In this document: piece by piece, positions 1 through 9,573 of the stretch
Numbering within the stretch: position 1 is the stretch's first letter
Layout: every line of letters starts with the position of its first letter
Translations under genes and position numbers: made by a program
The notes under the pieces: generated by a model
Databases searched by the model: none
Told to the model about the DNA's origin: nothing
What the model saw: the letters and a program-made list of their open reading frames with translations, nothing else
NCBI RefSeq assembly: GCF_000143415.4
Contig: NW_003314500.1
Location: 1 to 24,566 of the forward strand
From: Selaginella moellendorffii
Taxonomy: Eukaryota > Plantae > Lycopodiophyta
DNA: 24,566 nt
Direction of reading: 5' to 3'

Positions 1-30
1 AGAGGGCTCCGGTGTTGTGAGAGCGTCGCA

Positions 31-116
31 CCTTTTGCTGCTGCAACTGTATATATTTTTGTGTGCGTGACTAGTCACCCATACAAAAATATATACAGTT
101 GCAGCAAGGCAAAAGG
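31..116. repeat. ~86-bp near-perfect palindrome with no loop
   Basis: CCTTTTGC-TGCTGCAACTGTATATATTTTTGTGTGC-GTGACT|AGTCAC-CCATACAAAAATATATACAGTTGCAGCA-AG-GCAAAAGG; 2 mismatches and one 2-nt indel between arms; centre at 72/73. Confidence 0.9.
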
Positions 117-358
117 AATATGGCAATAGGCTAGCAGGGGCCAAAGATGGCATGAGGCATCATGCCATCTTGATATACACACAGCTGCAGGCAAGTAAAA
201 ACATACATGACAATACGCTAGCCATGAAATTGCAAGGGCCCAAGATGGCATGTGGCCTCATGCCATTTCTAAATGTGGTCCTAAGCCATTCCATGGTGAA
301 CATACCAGGAAGCACAAGTGCCGAATATCAAGAGGAAGCGGTAGCCACACCAAAGACA

Positions 359-492
359 GTGCCGCTCGCAACACCGCAACTACTCATAGCGCCGCTCGCA
401 ACACCGCAACTGCTCGTAGCGCCGCTTGCACAAACTGCCACTCGCATAAACTGCCGCTCGCAATGGCGCTCGCAATGCGGCAACCGCTCGTA
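359..492. repeat. CG-rich 30-bp tandem repeat (2 full copies plus degenerate ones)
   Basis: GYGCCGCTCGCAACACCGCAACTRCTCRTA repeated at 359 and 389, with decayed copies after. Confidence 0.8.
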
Positions 493-784
493 GACGCATA
501 AACCACAGCCCACAACGCCGCTTACACAAGCAGCGCTCACTGCGCTCAGCGGAACCAAGAACACGGCGCACAAAAATGATAGACCTAGGAATGAGTTCGA
601 GAATTCAAAAATAACACACGCTTGAACGTCACATCAAATCCTCTGACAAACCAGATCTTATGATTCCTCTGACAAATTTCAAACTGAGTAGCTTCTAGAC
701 TTTGCTGTCGGAGGTTGAACTTTGTCACATCATGTCCTTGCCTCGATCCAGCTGTGCCATGTCAGTGATTCGAACTTTGCCATG

Positions 785-802
785 CCATGTCAGCGATCCG
801 CG
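785..802 (+). promoter_or_regulatory. Near match to the plant histone-promoter type I element (hexamer + reverse octamer)
   Basis: CCATGTCAGCGATCCGCG vs consensus CCACGTCANCGATCCGCG: one C>T at a CpG. A decayed second copy lies at ~757 (CCATGTCAGTGATTCG). Confidence 0.4.
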
Positions 803-859
803 CGAAGATTATTCGCCGTGTAAAGGAATAATTATGCTGTGTGTGTACGTCCATTTATG

Positions 860-2280
860 GCAATATAAGGCCACACGCCATTCAAAGAATAATGCTCGAC
901 ATAAGGCCATATGCCATTCAAAGAATAATGCTAGTCGAGCATTTTTTGGTGCATTTTTGGGTTCAAAATTGCTCGAGCCCACTTTGGTGCATTTTTGGGT
1001 TCAAAATTGCATGAGCCCACACGCTATAAAGTTTACCTGTACCAAAAATAGAAACAGCTTTATTTACTTGGGAATTTAAGTGGTTGAGGCATTTTTAAAC
1101 TTACAAACACATGCCCTACTTACATTCCTTTGGTTGCCTAAAATTCAAAAATATTATAAACCTTTTTTTTTGNNNNNNNNNNNNNNNNNNNNNNNNNNNN
1201 NNNNNNNNNNNNNNNNNNNNNNNNNNNNNNNNNNNNNNNNNNNNNNNNNNNNNNNNNNNNNNNNNNNNNNNNNNNNNNNNNNNNNNNNNNNNNNNNNNNN
1301 NNNNNNNNNNNNNNNNNNNNNNNNNNNNNNNNNNNNNNNNNNNNNNNNNNNNNNNNNNNNNNNNNNNNNNNNNNNNNNNNNNNNNNNNNNNNNNNNNNNN
1401 NNNNNNNNNNNNNNNNNNNNNNNNNNNNNNNNNNNNNNNNNNNNNNNNNNNNNNNNNNNNNNNNNNNNNNNNNNNNNNNNNNNNNNNNNNNNNNNNNNNN
1501 NNNNNNNNNNNNNNNNNNNNNNNNNNNNNNNNNNNNNNNNNNNNNNNNNNNNNNNNNNNNNNNNNNNNNNNNNNNNNNNNNNNNNNNNNNNNNNNNNNNN
1601 NNNNNNNNNNNNNNNNNNNNNNNNNNNNNNNNNNNAACGGTCGGATCTATGGCAAATGCCCCTGAAACATTGTAAGGCTCGTGTGGTCTCATGTGGTGTC
1701 CGATCAAGATGCTTCTTTGCAGGGTCATCAAGAAAGACATTGTATACCATTTTGTAAAATCTAGTTGCGATCTAACGGTTGGATCTTCAGAAAACTCAAA
1801 AAAATCTCACGCGTGTCAGAATATCCTAGGAATATACTCCTATGTGCCCCTGAAAATGGCATGCGGCCCCACGCCATTCAAGAGATAATGCCAGATGACG
1901 CCGAGAATTTTTTGGTGCATTTTTTGGGTTCAAAATTGCATGAGCCCACACGCTATAAAGTTTATCTTTGCCAAATAGAGAAAAGTTTATCTGTGTCATG
2001 TAAGGTAGTTACAGTCCTTTGTGCTCGGCATCTGCCTCTTGCAGCATTTGCACTGAAAGGGAATTTTTCTCCATTCAGCATTTGGCCCTGAAAATGGCAT
2101 GCGCCCACACGCCATTGAAGGAATAACGCCACAGGACGCCTGGATTTTTGGGTTTAAAATGTTTAGGGTTTTTTGGGTTTTTTCAAAATATTTTGGGTCC
2201 AACGTTTTTTGGGTTTCTTTGGTTCAAAATTGCATGAGCCTACACGCTATAATATTGATTTGAGAGAAAAATAGAAACAG
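860..2280 (+). repeat. Three ~140-200-bp direct repeats (~860-1057, ~1846-1985, ~2085-2280)
   Basis: Shared blocks: palindrome-GCCATTSAAR..ATAAYGC, then TTTTTGG..GGTTCAAAATTGCATGAGCCYACACGCTATAA, then AAATAGA. Each unit carries at least two palindrome copies. Confidence 0.8.
1173..1635. other. Assembly gap
   Basis: Run of N. Confidence 1.
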
Positions 2281-2399
2281 ATAGAATTTCTTTATTTAGC
2301 TGAACATCTGCCATTTTTGGAAATACAAGATGCTTTGGAATATCCAATCATGCATGGTATAAATATAGCGAGGGTATTAAATGATATCCCAATCATGAT

Positions 2400-2830
2400 C
2401 TTTCTTTTGGATTTCGCGTGCATGCAGTCCGAGGAATGATGACGTTGCGGATTTCTTTTGGATTTTGCGTGCTTGCATGCGCGCGGCAATCCAGAAATTA
2501 ATGGTGGCGCCCAAGTCCGAGGAATGATGACGTGGCGGGATTACCAACCGTTGTGACATTTCGCGCGTGTGAGATTAGGTTTTGCATTTTGCTTTGTACT
2601 CGCGCTCGCACACTCGCGCTCGCGCTCGCATCACACTCGCGCTCCCGCTCGCATCGCGCTCCCACTCGCGATCACGCTCACTTCTCTACAGGTTTCTCGT
2701 GTGCATCGGCGTCCACTCGCGCTTGCATCACACTCGCGCTCGCATCGCGCTCGTGTGCATCGGCGTCCACTTCAAGACACACCCAGTTTGTAACTTCGCC
2801 GCCAACTCCGCCGCCCACTCCACCACCCAC
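2400..2830 (+). promoter_or_regulatory. Putative promoter / CpG-rich 5' region of the downstream gene
   Basis: Duplicated AGTCCGAGGAATGATGACGT (TGACGT hexamer, ~2426 and ~2514), E2F-like TTTCGCGC (~2559) and TGGCGGGA (~2533). These are followed by a CTCGCG/CACTCGCG low-complexity CpG tract at 2597-2770. Confidence 0.4.
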
Positions 2831-2979
2831 ACGCAGCCCACTTGGCGTCCCGGGAGATTTCAGCACCACTCTCCAACTGTAAGTGGCAGAGTAGCCTTGC
2901 TGCTACGATCCGCTGCACACACAGTGCACATTCGCCAGCGAGTCCGGCCTCGATTGTCACGGCCTCCATTCGGCTTCAA

Positions 2980-3341
2980 ATGGTAAGTCTTTTAGACCAA
3001 GTAGAAAATGGCATGAGGCCACATGCCATTCAGTAGCAACATTGGCATGCACCGATTGGGCTCTCGAGTGCAGTCCGGTTACAGATGGCGTGTAGCCTCA
3101 CGCCATTTTAGGATGCAGCCTCAAGACATCTGATGCAGTGGTGAATGGCGTGTGGCCTCACGTTATTTCCAGCTGCTAGCTTTTCATCTATCAGCTCTAA
3201 TTGTTGTGCATTTTTGAACAGGCGAGGAATTGCGTTCTTCTTCCAGCCACTGTCAATGTGGATGCAGAGAAGGGGGAGGAGCTCACCAGTTGACTTTCGG
3301 GATGGAAGGCGAGGATCTGAGGCTGTACAACACAGATGGTG
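2980..3341 (+). other. Probable 5' exons and introns of the 4105-8576 gene (frame unresolved)
   Basis: GTAAGT...CATTCAG intron at 2983-3033 (51 nt, contains a palindrome); further palindrome-bearing segments end in TTTAG (3111) and GAACAG (3221). Separated from the rest of the gene by a gap. Confidence 0.45.
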
Positions 3342-4104
3342 NNNNNNNNNNNNNNNNNNNNNNNNNNNNNNNNNNNNNNNNNNNNNNNNNNNNNNNNNNN
3401 NNNNNNNNNNNNNNNNNNNNNNNNNNNNNNNNNNNNNNNNNNNNNNNNNNNNNNNNNNNNNNNNNNNNNNNNNNNNNNNNNNNNNNNNNNNNNNNNNNNN
3501 NNNNNNNNNNNNNNNNNNNNNNNNNNNNNNNNNNNNNNNNNNNNNNNNNNNNNNNNNNNNNNNNNNNNNNNNNNNNNNNNNNNNNNNNNNNNNNNNNNNN
3601 NNNNNNNNNNNNNNNNNNNNNNNNNNNNNNNNNNNNNNNNNNNNNNNNNNNNNNNNNNNNNNNNNNNNNNNNNNNNNNNNNNNNNNNNNNNNNNNNNNNN
3701 NNNNNNNNNNNNNNNNNNNNNNNNNNNNNNNNNNNNNNNNNNNNNNNNNNNNNNNNNNNNNNNNNNNNNNNNNNNNNNNNNNNNNNNNNNNNNNNNNNNN
3801 NNNNNNNNNNNNNNNNNNNNNNNNNNNNNNNNNNNNNNNNNNNNNNNNNNNNNNNNNNNNNNNNNNNNNNNNNNNNNNNNNNNNNNNNNNNNNNNNNNNN
3901 NNNNNNNNNNNNNNNNNNNNNNNNNNNNNNNNNNNNNNNNNNNNNNNNNNNNNNNNNNNNNNNNNNNNNNNNNNNNNNNNNNNNNNNNNNNNNNNNNNNN
4001 NNNNNNNNNNNNNNNNNNNNNNNNNNNNNNNNNNNNNNNNNNNNNNNNNNNNNNNNNNNNNNNNNNNNNNNNNNNNNNNNNNNNNNNNNNNNNNNNNNNN
4101 NNNN
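3342..4104. other. Assembly gap (hides the N-terminal part of the gene)
   Basis: Run of N. Confidence 1.
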
Positions 4105-4105
4105 G

Positions 4106-4340
4106 TTCCATGCCGTCTTCGGGCAGCATTCTAACTTGGCGATGTCACAGATAGTTGTGGATATTATGGTGGGCGAGGAGGTGAAGAAAGTCTCAAGACA
4201 AGAGTTGTCCGCCTGATAAAAGGCAACTCGCCCCTCCGATCTATCATATACATCTCCCACGCACAGAATGTCAAGCAAGAAACGTGCTACAAATCGGGTC
4301 TGCACGAGACATTGGCACGAACACGGAAGCTCTGGGTCAA
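4106..4340 (+). CDS. ParB/Sulfiredoxin-like domain, C-terminal half (frameshifted)
   Basis: FHAVFGQHSNLA resembles the ParB yxiidGxxRxxA motif. After a frameshift, RVVRLIK...IIYISHAQN...SGLHETLARTRKLW resembles vpviv...alxEN...lspxEea. By-eye match only. Confidence 0.45.
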
Positions 4341-5039
4341 CTGAAGAAGCCACAAAAACCAGGACAAGGACGTGCACTAGCAACTAGCGCCTGGCAGGTA
4401 AGCCTCGTTGCATGTGGCATAGCATGTGGCCTCACGCCATTTCCATTGCAGGAATTCTCGAGTCTTCTCTCGAAAACACTGGGGGTCAATGACACACTCA
4501 GCATCCATAACATTCTACTCGCGACAAAAGTTGTTTTTGACAAATGGGTAGATGTGCTAAGGAGGTACCATGACGGGGAGTTGCTAAACTCAATGGGTGT
4601 GGAGGACGGCCGGAAGCCCAATGATTTGAAGCTTAACGCCTTGCGTTTCTCGCGGTCTCTAGACGACGACGACCTTCTGACAGTGGCTAATGCTCTTCTA
4701 CGTGGTGAGGTAGTCTTCAACAAGACCAAAATGACTCCCGGCCATATTGTGACATACGAGGACTTGTGCACGACTCTGAGAGCTCGTGCGCTATTGAAGG
4801 ATTGGATCTTCGAGCAAGTGGCCGTGGCGAGGGTGAGTATCGACACCACGCAAGAGATGATGGAAGAGCTGGACTTGTCAAATGAAGACATCGACGAGTA
4901 CGTGAAGGGGGCCCCCAAGTTCATCGATCTGCTGCGGGATGCCACGAAAAGTAAAGCTGAGAAGTTGGATCAGTATCCAAATTTCATTAAGAGGGATGTC
5001 GACCGCCGGCTTTAGAAATAGCTCGACCCCGCAGCAGAG

Positions 5040-5760
5040 GCCTATCGAGAACCTTATCGGGTATACGTGAATTCGGATGAGGATCAAAGGTGGAGGAGCA
5101 TCGTTTCCCGCGGAGATGAGCAGGTCAAGAACATCTTTTGTGTGATGGACTTCACAAACGAGGAGATCACTCATGCAGACGAAGTCAGCTCCATTATTGA
5201 CTTAATGGTGGGACTTGCGGAGGTGGAATCTTCAGTCCACTATATGATCTACGACTCCGAATCCTATCACAAGTTCTGGAAGGCCTTGAACGAGGTGAAG
5301 GCCCGGTTGAAAGGCAAGGAGATGCGGGAGATCCATGGGATAATGGCTAAGAAGAAGATACCGACGAATGTCCGCATCTTCACAGTCGCCCTTGTTATTG
5401 GTCCTGCAGCAGAGTGGGATTGGAGTGACTTCCCAGCTTCGTTCAACAAAGCCGATCGAATTGATCTGAGGGAGGTCAATTTACCCGTGCCTGAGGAACT
5501 GAAGACGGCTATGGAGCTTTCGAATCCAAAGAAAGCTCCAGGTGCAGCATGGGAAATGCTCAGCTGTGTCTTCAACGCAATAGCGGGTGACTCCAAGGGC
5601 AAATGCGTTGTCGAGTACAACTGCGGCGAACTATTTTTTCGAGCCGCACTACTCAAGGGTGTCCCGTGTGTTGCGGTGACAAACTCCATTGAAGAGGTGA
5701 CTTCAATGGAGCATATAATTATAGTTGCCAAAGAAAAACAGTATCTTCTCTACAAACCTG
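5040..5760 (+). CDS. Degenerate beta-class N6-adenine/N4-cytosine DNA methyltransferase-like domain
   Basis: NPKKAPGAAWEMLSCVFNAIAGDSKGKCVVEYNCGELFFRAALLKGVPCVAV parallels HPTqKP..L...lI...s..GD.VLDpF.GsGtt..AA..lgR..iGiE. IFCVMDFT sits where liitDPPY is expected. Confidence 0.45.
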
Positions 5761-6559
5761 GTGAGTACGCACTTTAAGTTTAAATGTTATCTCACAAGCT
5801 CTGTATGCAGGAGCGTGGCCACCCCCAGATGCTGAAACGGCGTTAACAGCTACTGATGTTAGGCCGAGGTCACAACCTGCACAAGGTAAGGTCACGTGAG
5901 GCCTCACGCCATTTTGATTATAGATCGTTGTGAATATTCAGACACGAGGACTGAAAAGCGCACTGGTGGCGCATCGAAGAATGACAAACAGACAAGCAAT
6001 AGGAAAAAAGGAGGTACAAATTATATTTGCAATGACGTGTGGTCTCATGCCATTCCTTGCAGGAGACACTTCTTCAAAGGCAAAACAGGCAAGCACCAGC
6101 CAAGCTCAAACTGACAGTGGTCATAAAAAGCGAAAGCACGTTGGACAGTCGTCGGGATCAGAGGCGTTTGATTCGAAAAGGAAGAAGGGCAACGAAAAGA
6201 TGATAGGTAATGCCTCGCGGTTATGGCGTGTGTGCTCATGCCATTCATTGCAGATCAAGGGCTGAGTGAAAGGAGCCAGTCACCACCTTCTGACTCAGAT
6301 TCCTATGGCGGACTCCCCTTCCCCAATCTCAATGGAGAGGTACAATGGATGAGGGATGCTTTTCAAGTCAGGGCCACGTTTTTCTCATCTCGTCGTCTTC
6401 GAAGGGTGCAAGAACGTGCAGAAACCATGTTAAGACAGTCGGGTGAGGATACGGTCCTAAGTCACGCACTAAAACAGGCTATGGATGTCTTGTATTTTGA
6501 GATGGAGACTCAGCCAGATGATTTTTCCAAGATGGTCCTGGAAAAACAAGCAATCCAGC

Positions 6560-6750
6560 CTGAGCAGCCTATGGAAGAAATGCAAGAGGGGGATGAGGAG
6601 CCAGAGAAAGATAATGAGCAGGAAGAGCAGAAGGACGAAGAGGAAGACAAAGAAGAGGAGGACGAAGAAGAGGAGGACGAAGAGGACTTGGATGGTCCTC
6701 ACAATGGTGACGATCACAATAACGACGATGACGATGATGACGACGATGGC
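6560..6750 (+). repeat. Asp/Glu-rich coding tract
   Basis: EEMQEGDEEPEKDNEQEEQKDEEEDKEEEDEEEEDEED...DDDDDDDD in exon 6254-6805. Confidence 0.9.
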
Positions 6751-7713
6751 CAGCCTGAGGTGGCCAAAGAGCAGCGGAGGAAGGTCATACAAGACAAACC
6801 ATCAGGTAAATAATAGTACATCCATTCCTAACCTTTTACCATTTCTAACATTGTCCATGTAGGTCGCAGAAGAAATGGTAAGTAGAGATTATTCAGTTGA
6901 ATTAAGATACAAACTCTAGCCTTTAGTGTCGAGGAAGGATAGTGCCAAGCAAGGGTCGAAACGTATGTCCAATCCTTCAGAATTAGCAGTGCGCCCAAGT
7001 GATATCGGTCCTAGTTCCTCAATAGCAGTTGATGGTAAATACAGTATAGTCGATTCAATGTGCTAATGAGTTTGTTTTTAGTAGCACGGGAGGATACCAT
7101 CTTAATCGAAGGGAGATATTTGGACATGCATATGGATCCGCCAGTGGACTCTACTTGCCTGCAAGAGTCATCAGAGCCGGTGGAGGCTACTATCCATATC
7201 AACGCCAAGCAAGCTGACCACGCTCCACTTGATGCTACCCATACCACTGAGTCAATCTTGTCCACGTATCCAACTGACGGTGACCAGGCGCCATTGGACC
7301 CGCATGAGGCCGCCCCAGCCGCCGAGCCGGTCGTATCCTCATTTCCAACGGACTCAACGTGTGCCCAATCGTCTGACTACGCGCCGTTGGAACCTCCTTA
7401 CACCGCCCCTGCTGCCTGTTCGGTCATGTCCACTTTGCCAACGGAGGCACCAGCTGAAATGGCGTGTGATCACACGCCATCGGAACCACCCCATGCCATT
7501 GTTGAGCCAGTTGTACCAGAGTCTACAGCTGAAATAGCATGTGCCCACACGCCATCGGATGCGATTGACCCCACATTGCAGAGGAGAGTATTTCCGCCCT
7601 TCACGTTTCCTCGACCAAAACCCTCTGAACGACCATCGGGAGCACCATTCGTTAATATTGTAGATGGTAAAATTGACTTGTACCATTTTTTATGCTGACG
7701 CATTTCATTTCAG

Positions 7714-8576
7714 AGTCACGACGAAAGTACTGTATCGTTTTTGATCTGAACGGTGTCCTTTTCTCCCATGAGCGTGGCTCGTCCTCGAATGTCACTGCAC
7801 CCTCCAAAGCCTGCGGTCGCAAGTTGGTCAAAAGAAACAGATTCACATTAATCACATGGGAGAAACTGCGGGATCTAATAATGACCATGCGACACTTAAA
7901 ACAGAGGGCCGGGTTCAATTTGCAATTGGGAGTTTGGACATCCATGATGCGCCACAATGCATTAACGTTGCTACAGATGATGCACGATCAGACACGAGTA
8001 ATATTACCATTTGACTTTCTCCTAACGCAGGAGGATTGCTTGACTATGGTCCATGTGAGGGGTAGCAAGCCCATCTTCGTCAAGCCAGAGGCTGTAGTGA
8101 TGAACCGGACTGCTAGGTCAAGTGAAATCCTCATCATCGATGACTCGCCGATTAAAACTGCAGCAAACACGCACACATATGCAGTGCACCCCATCTCTTG
8201 CAGTATGGAAACTAGGGAGAAGAAACCGTATGTTTTGGGGGACCTTGCAAAACGGCTTGAAGCGATGGTGATAGAGAACCGGCCAGTCCAGGAGGTGGCT
8301 GTAGAAATCAACCAAATGGCAGATGGAACAGTATATCAGAAGCCATTTGATCGGACAGACACCAGTCATCATTTATGGCATGTATATTGTCTAGCCAAGC
8401 ACTATCCGCATCTCCATAATCTGCTCAACCGGATGGGTTCTTCGACCACTAAACATGAGCGTGGACGTATTAGAGAAGAGATGGCATTACTATTGGGTTT
8501 AAATCCTGATAGTGTGGAGAGTGATGAAATTCCAAGATTATTGTATAAGCGTTGGAGGCAAAAAATAACAGTCTGA
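7714..8576 (+). CDS. FCP1-homology / NIF-family HAD phosphatase-like domain (last exon, intact)
   Basis: Motif I IVFDLNGVL, motif II LGVWTSMM..NA, motif III IFVKP, motif IV ILIIDDSPIK; DLNG-type subfamily. Confidence 0.85.
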
Positions 8577-8952
8577 GATGGCATGTATTTATTTAAAAAT
8601 GTAACTTATTATGGCATGGGGTTCCATGCCATTGTATTAATATTAAAAGACAATTCTTTGAGAGGATTTGCATTTACAGCATGTTATTGGAAGTCTACGA
8701 AGTTGTTTTATTAATAAGGGGAAAGTAAAGATTGAATGGGGACTTGGGCTCCACCTAGACTCGGAGCAACTGAGCCAATATTAAAAGGATGGAAAGAAAT
8801 TGGACGACGATGACAAGGAGAAGAGAGAGGTGAAGCAGTGAGAAGTGATTGAGTAGACATTTCCTTGTTTAAAATAAAATGGCATGTGCCTCAATGCAGT
8901 TGAATTTTGTTATATTTATATACTATATAAAGGTTTGGAAACCTTATTTTAC

Positions 8953-8978
8953 AAGTGGGATAATGACAATTCCCACTT
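8953..8978. other. 8-bp stem-loop at the likely right end of the palindrome-bearing element
   Basis: AAGTGGGA-TAATGACAAT-TCCCACTT, 16 nt before the abrupt start of LTR homology at 8995. Confidence 0.5.
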
Positions 8979-8994
8979 TAACGAAATAGAGCTT

Positions 8995-9573
8995 CAAAGG
9001 CCCAGACTGAGGAAAGGAAGAGGAGCAATCTTCTGGGGTAGTGACCAAGGACACAGTCGTGTGGTGAGGAAGTCCCAGAGGACTGTGGGACTTAGTGGTC
9101 GGGCCTGTGGGCCTCGATCCAATGGCAGTGTTGGCAAACACGGCCAGGGGCAGAAAGGGACTTAGTAAGGACTGACAGAGGGATATTGGGGAAGGCTATT
9201 CTCCTTGTCGGTGGGCATCCTAAGGATGCTAAGGAGTGGATCTGAGATGACCACTCACGGATGGTTTGCCTAGTCTTGGAGAGCCAAGACTGTGATACAA
9301 GTGGTATTGGACTACCAGTGTGGCAAAGGTGATTGGGCATGGCCTTAGCGTAACAGGCTGCCATGTCAGTGGTACTTTTGAGTGTCAGTCATGGGATCGG
9401 ACACGTGGGGCACTTGGACCAAGTGCAAATGTTGAGTGGCATGGATGCCATTCTCGGGGCTAACAAGTCCCAAGTCCTGAAATGGACTTATGGAGGTTGT
9501 GATTGAGACTCCTCCAAGTGGTCGGAGGTGTGGTTAAGTGACTAAAGTAAAATGGAAAATTTAGTCGCTTACA
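8995..9573 (+). mobile_element. 5'-truncated LTR, same family as 15015/20970 LTRs, opposite orientation
   Basis: Reverse complement of ~15015-15593 with scattered substitutions; ends GTCGCTTACA; not followed by a PBS. Confidence 0.92.

Larger units (their letters stand above)
4105..8576 (+). pseudogene. Multi-exon gene, disrupted: ParB-like domain + degenerate amino-MTase fold + acidic/Pro-rich linker + FCP1/NIF HAD domain
   Basis: GT-AG introns 4398-4451, 5761-5810, 5886-5941 (or -5923), 6014-6062, 6207-6253, 6806-6862, 6878-6926, 7035-7081 and 7667-7713 join ORFs 4284, 5067, 5896, 5930, 6223, 7060 and 7692 into one frame. Lesions: in-frame TAGs at 5013 and 5019, and apparent frameshifts near 4195 and 4338. 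Confidence 0.8.
147..8900. repeat. Dispersed 22-bp palindrome family ATGGCRTG-N6-CAYGCCAT (~20 copies)
   Basis: Copies start at about 147, 245, 860, 897, 1006, 1856, 1935, 2094, 2229, 3008, 3085, 3145, 4419, 5891, 6032, 6223, 7459 (perfect ATGGCGTGTGATCACACGCCAT), 7534, 8611 and 8879 (partial). None seen after ~8900. Confidence 0.9.

Noticed and set aside
1080-4383. ORFs spanning N runs (also 11216-11621 and 13730-14166)
   Set aside because: Artefacts of assembly gaps.
4337-5731. Minus-strand ORFs of 202 and 154 aa
   Set aside because: Antisense shadows of the plus-strand coding exons.
147-8900. Palindrome series as a CRISPR array or bacterial REP elements
   Set aside because: Irregular spacing from tens of bp to over 1 kb, no cas genes, and a spliceosomal-intron context.
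8953-8994. Definite Helitron 3' end
   Set aside because: A hairpin is present, but no CTRR terminus or A/T target, and no Rep/helicase in the window.
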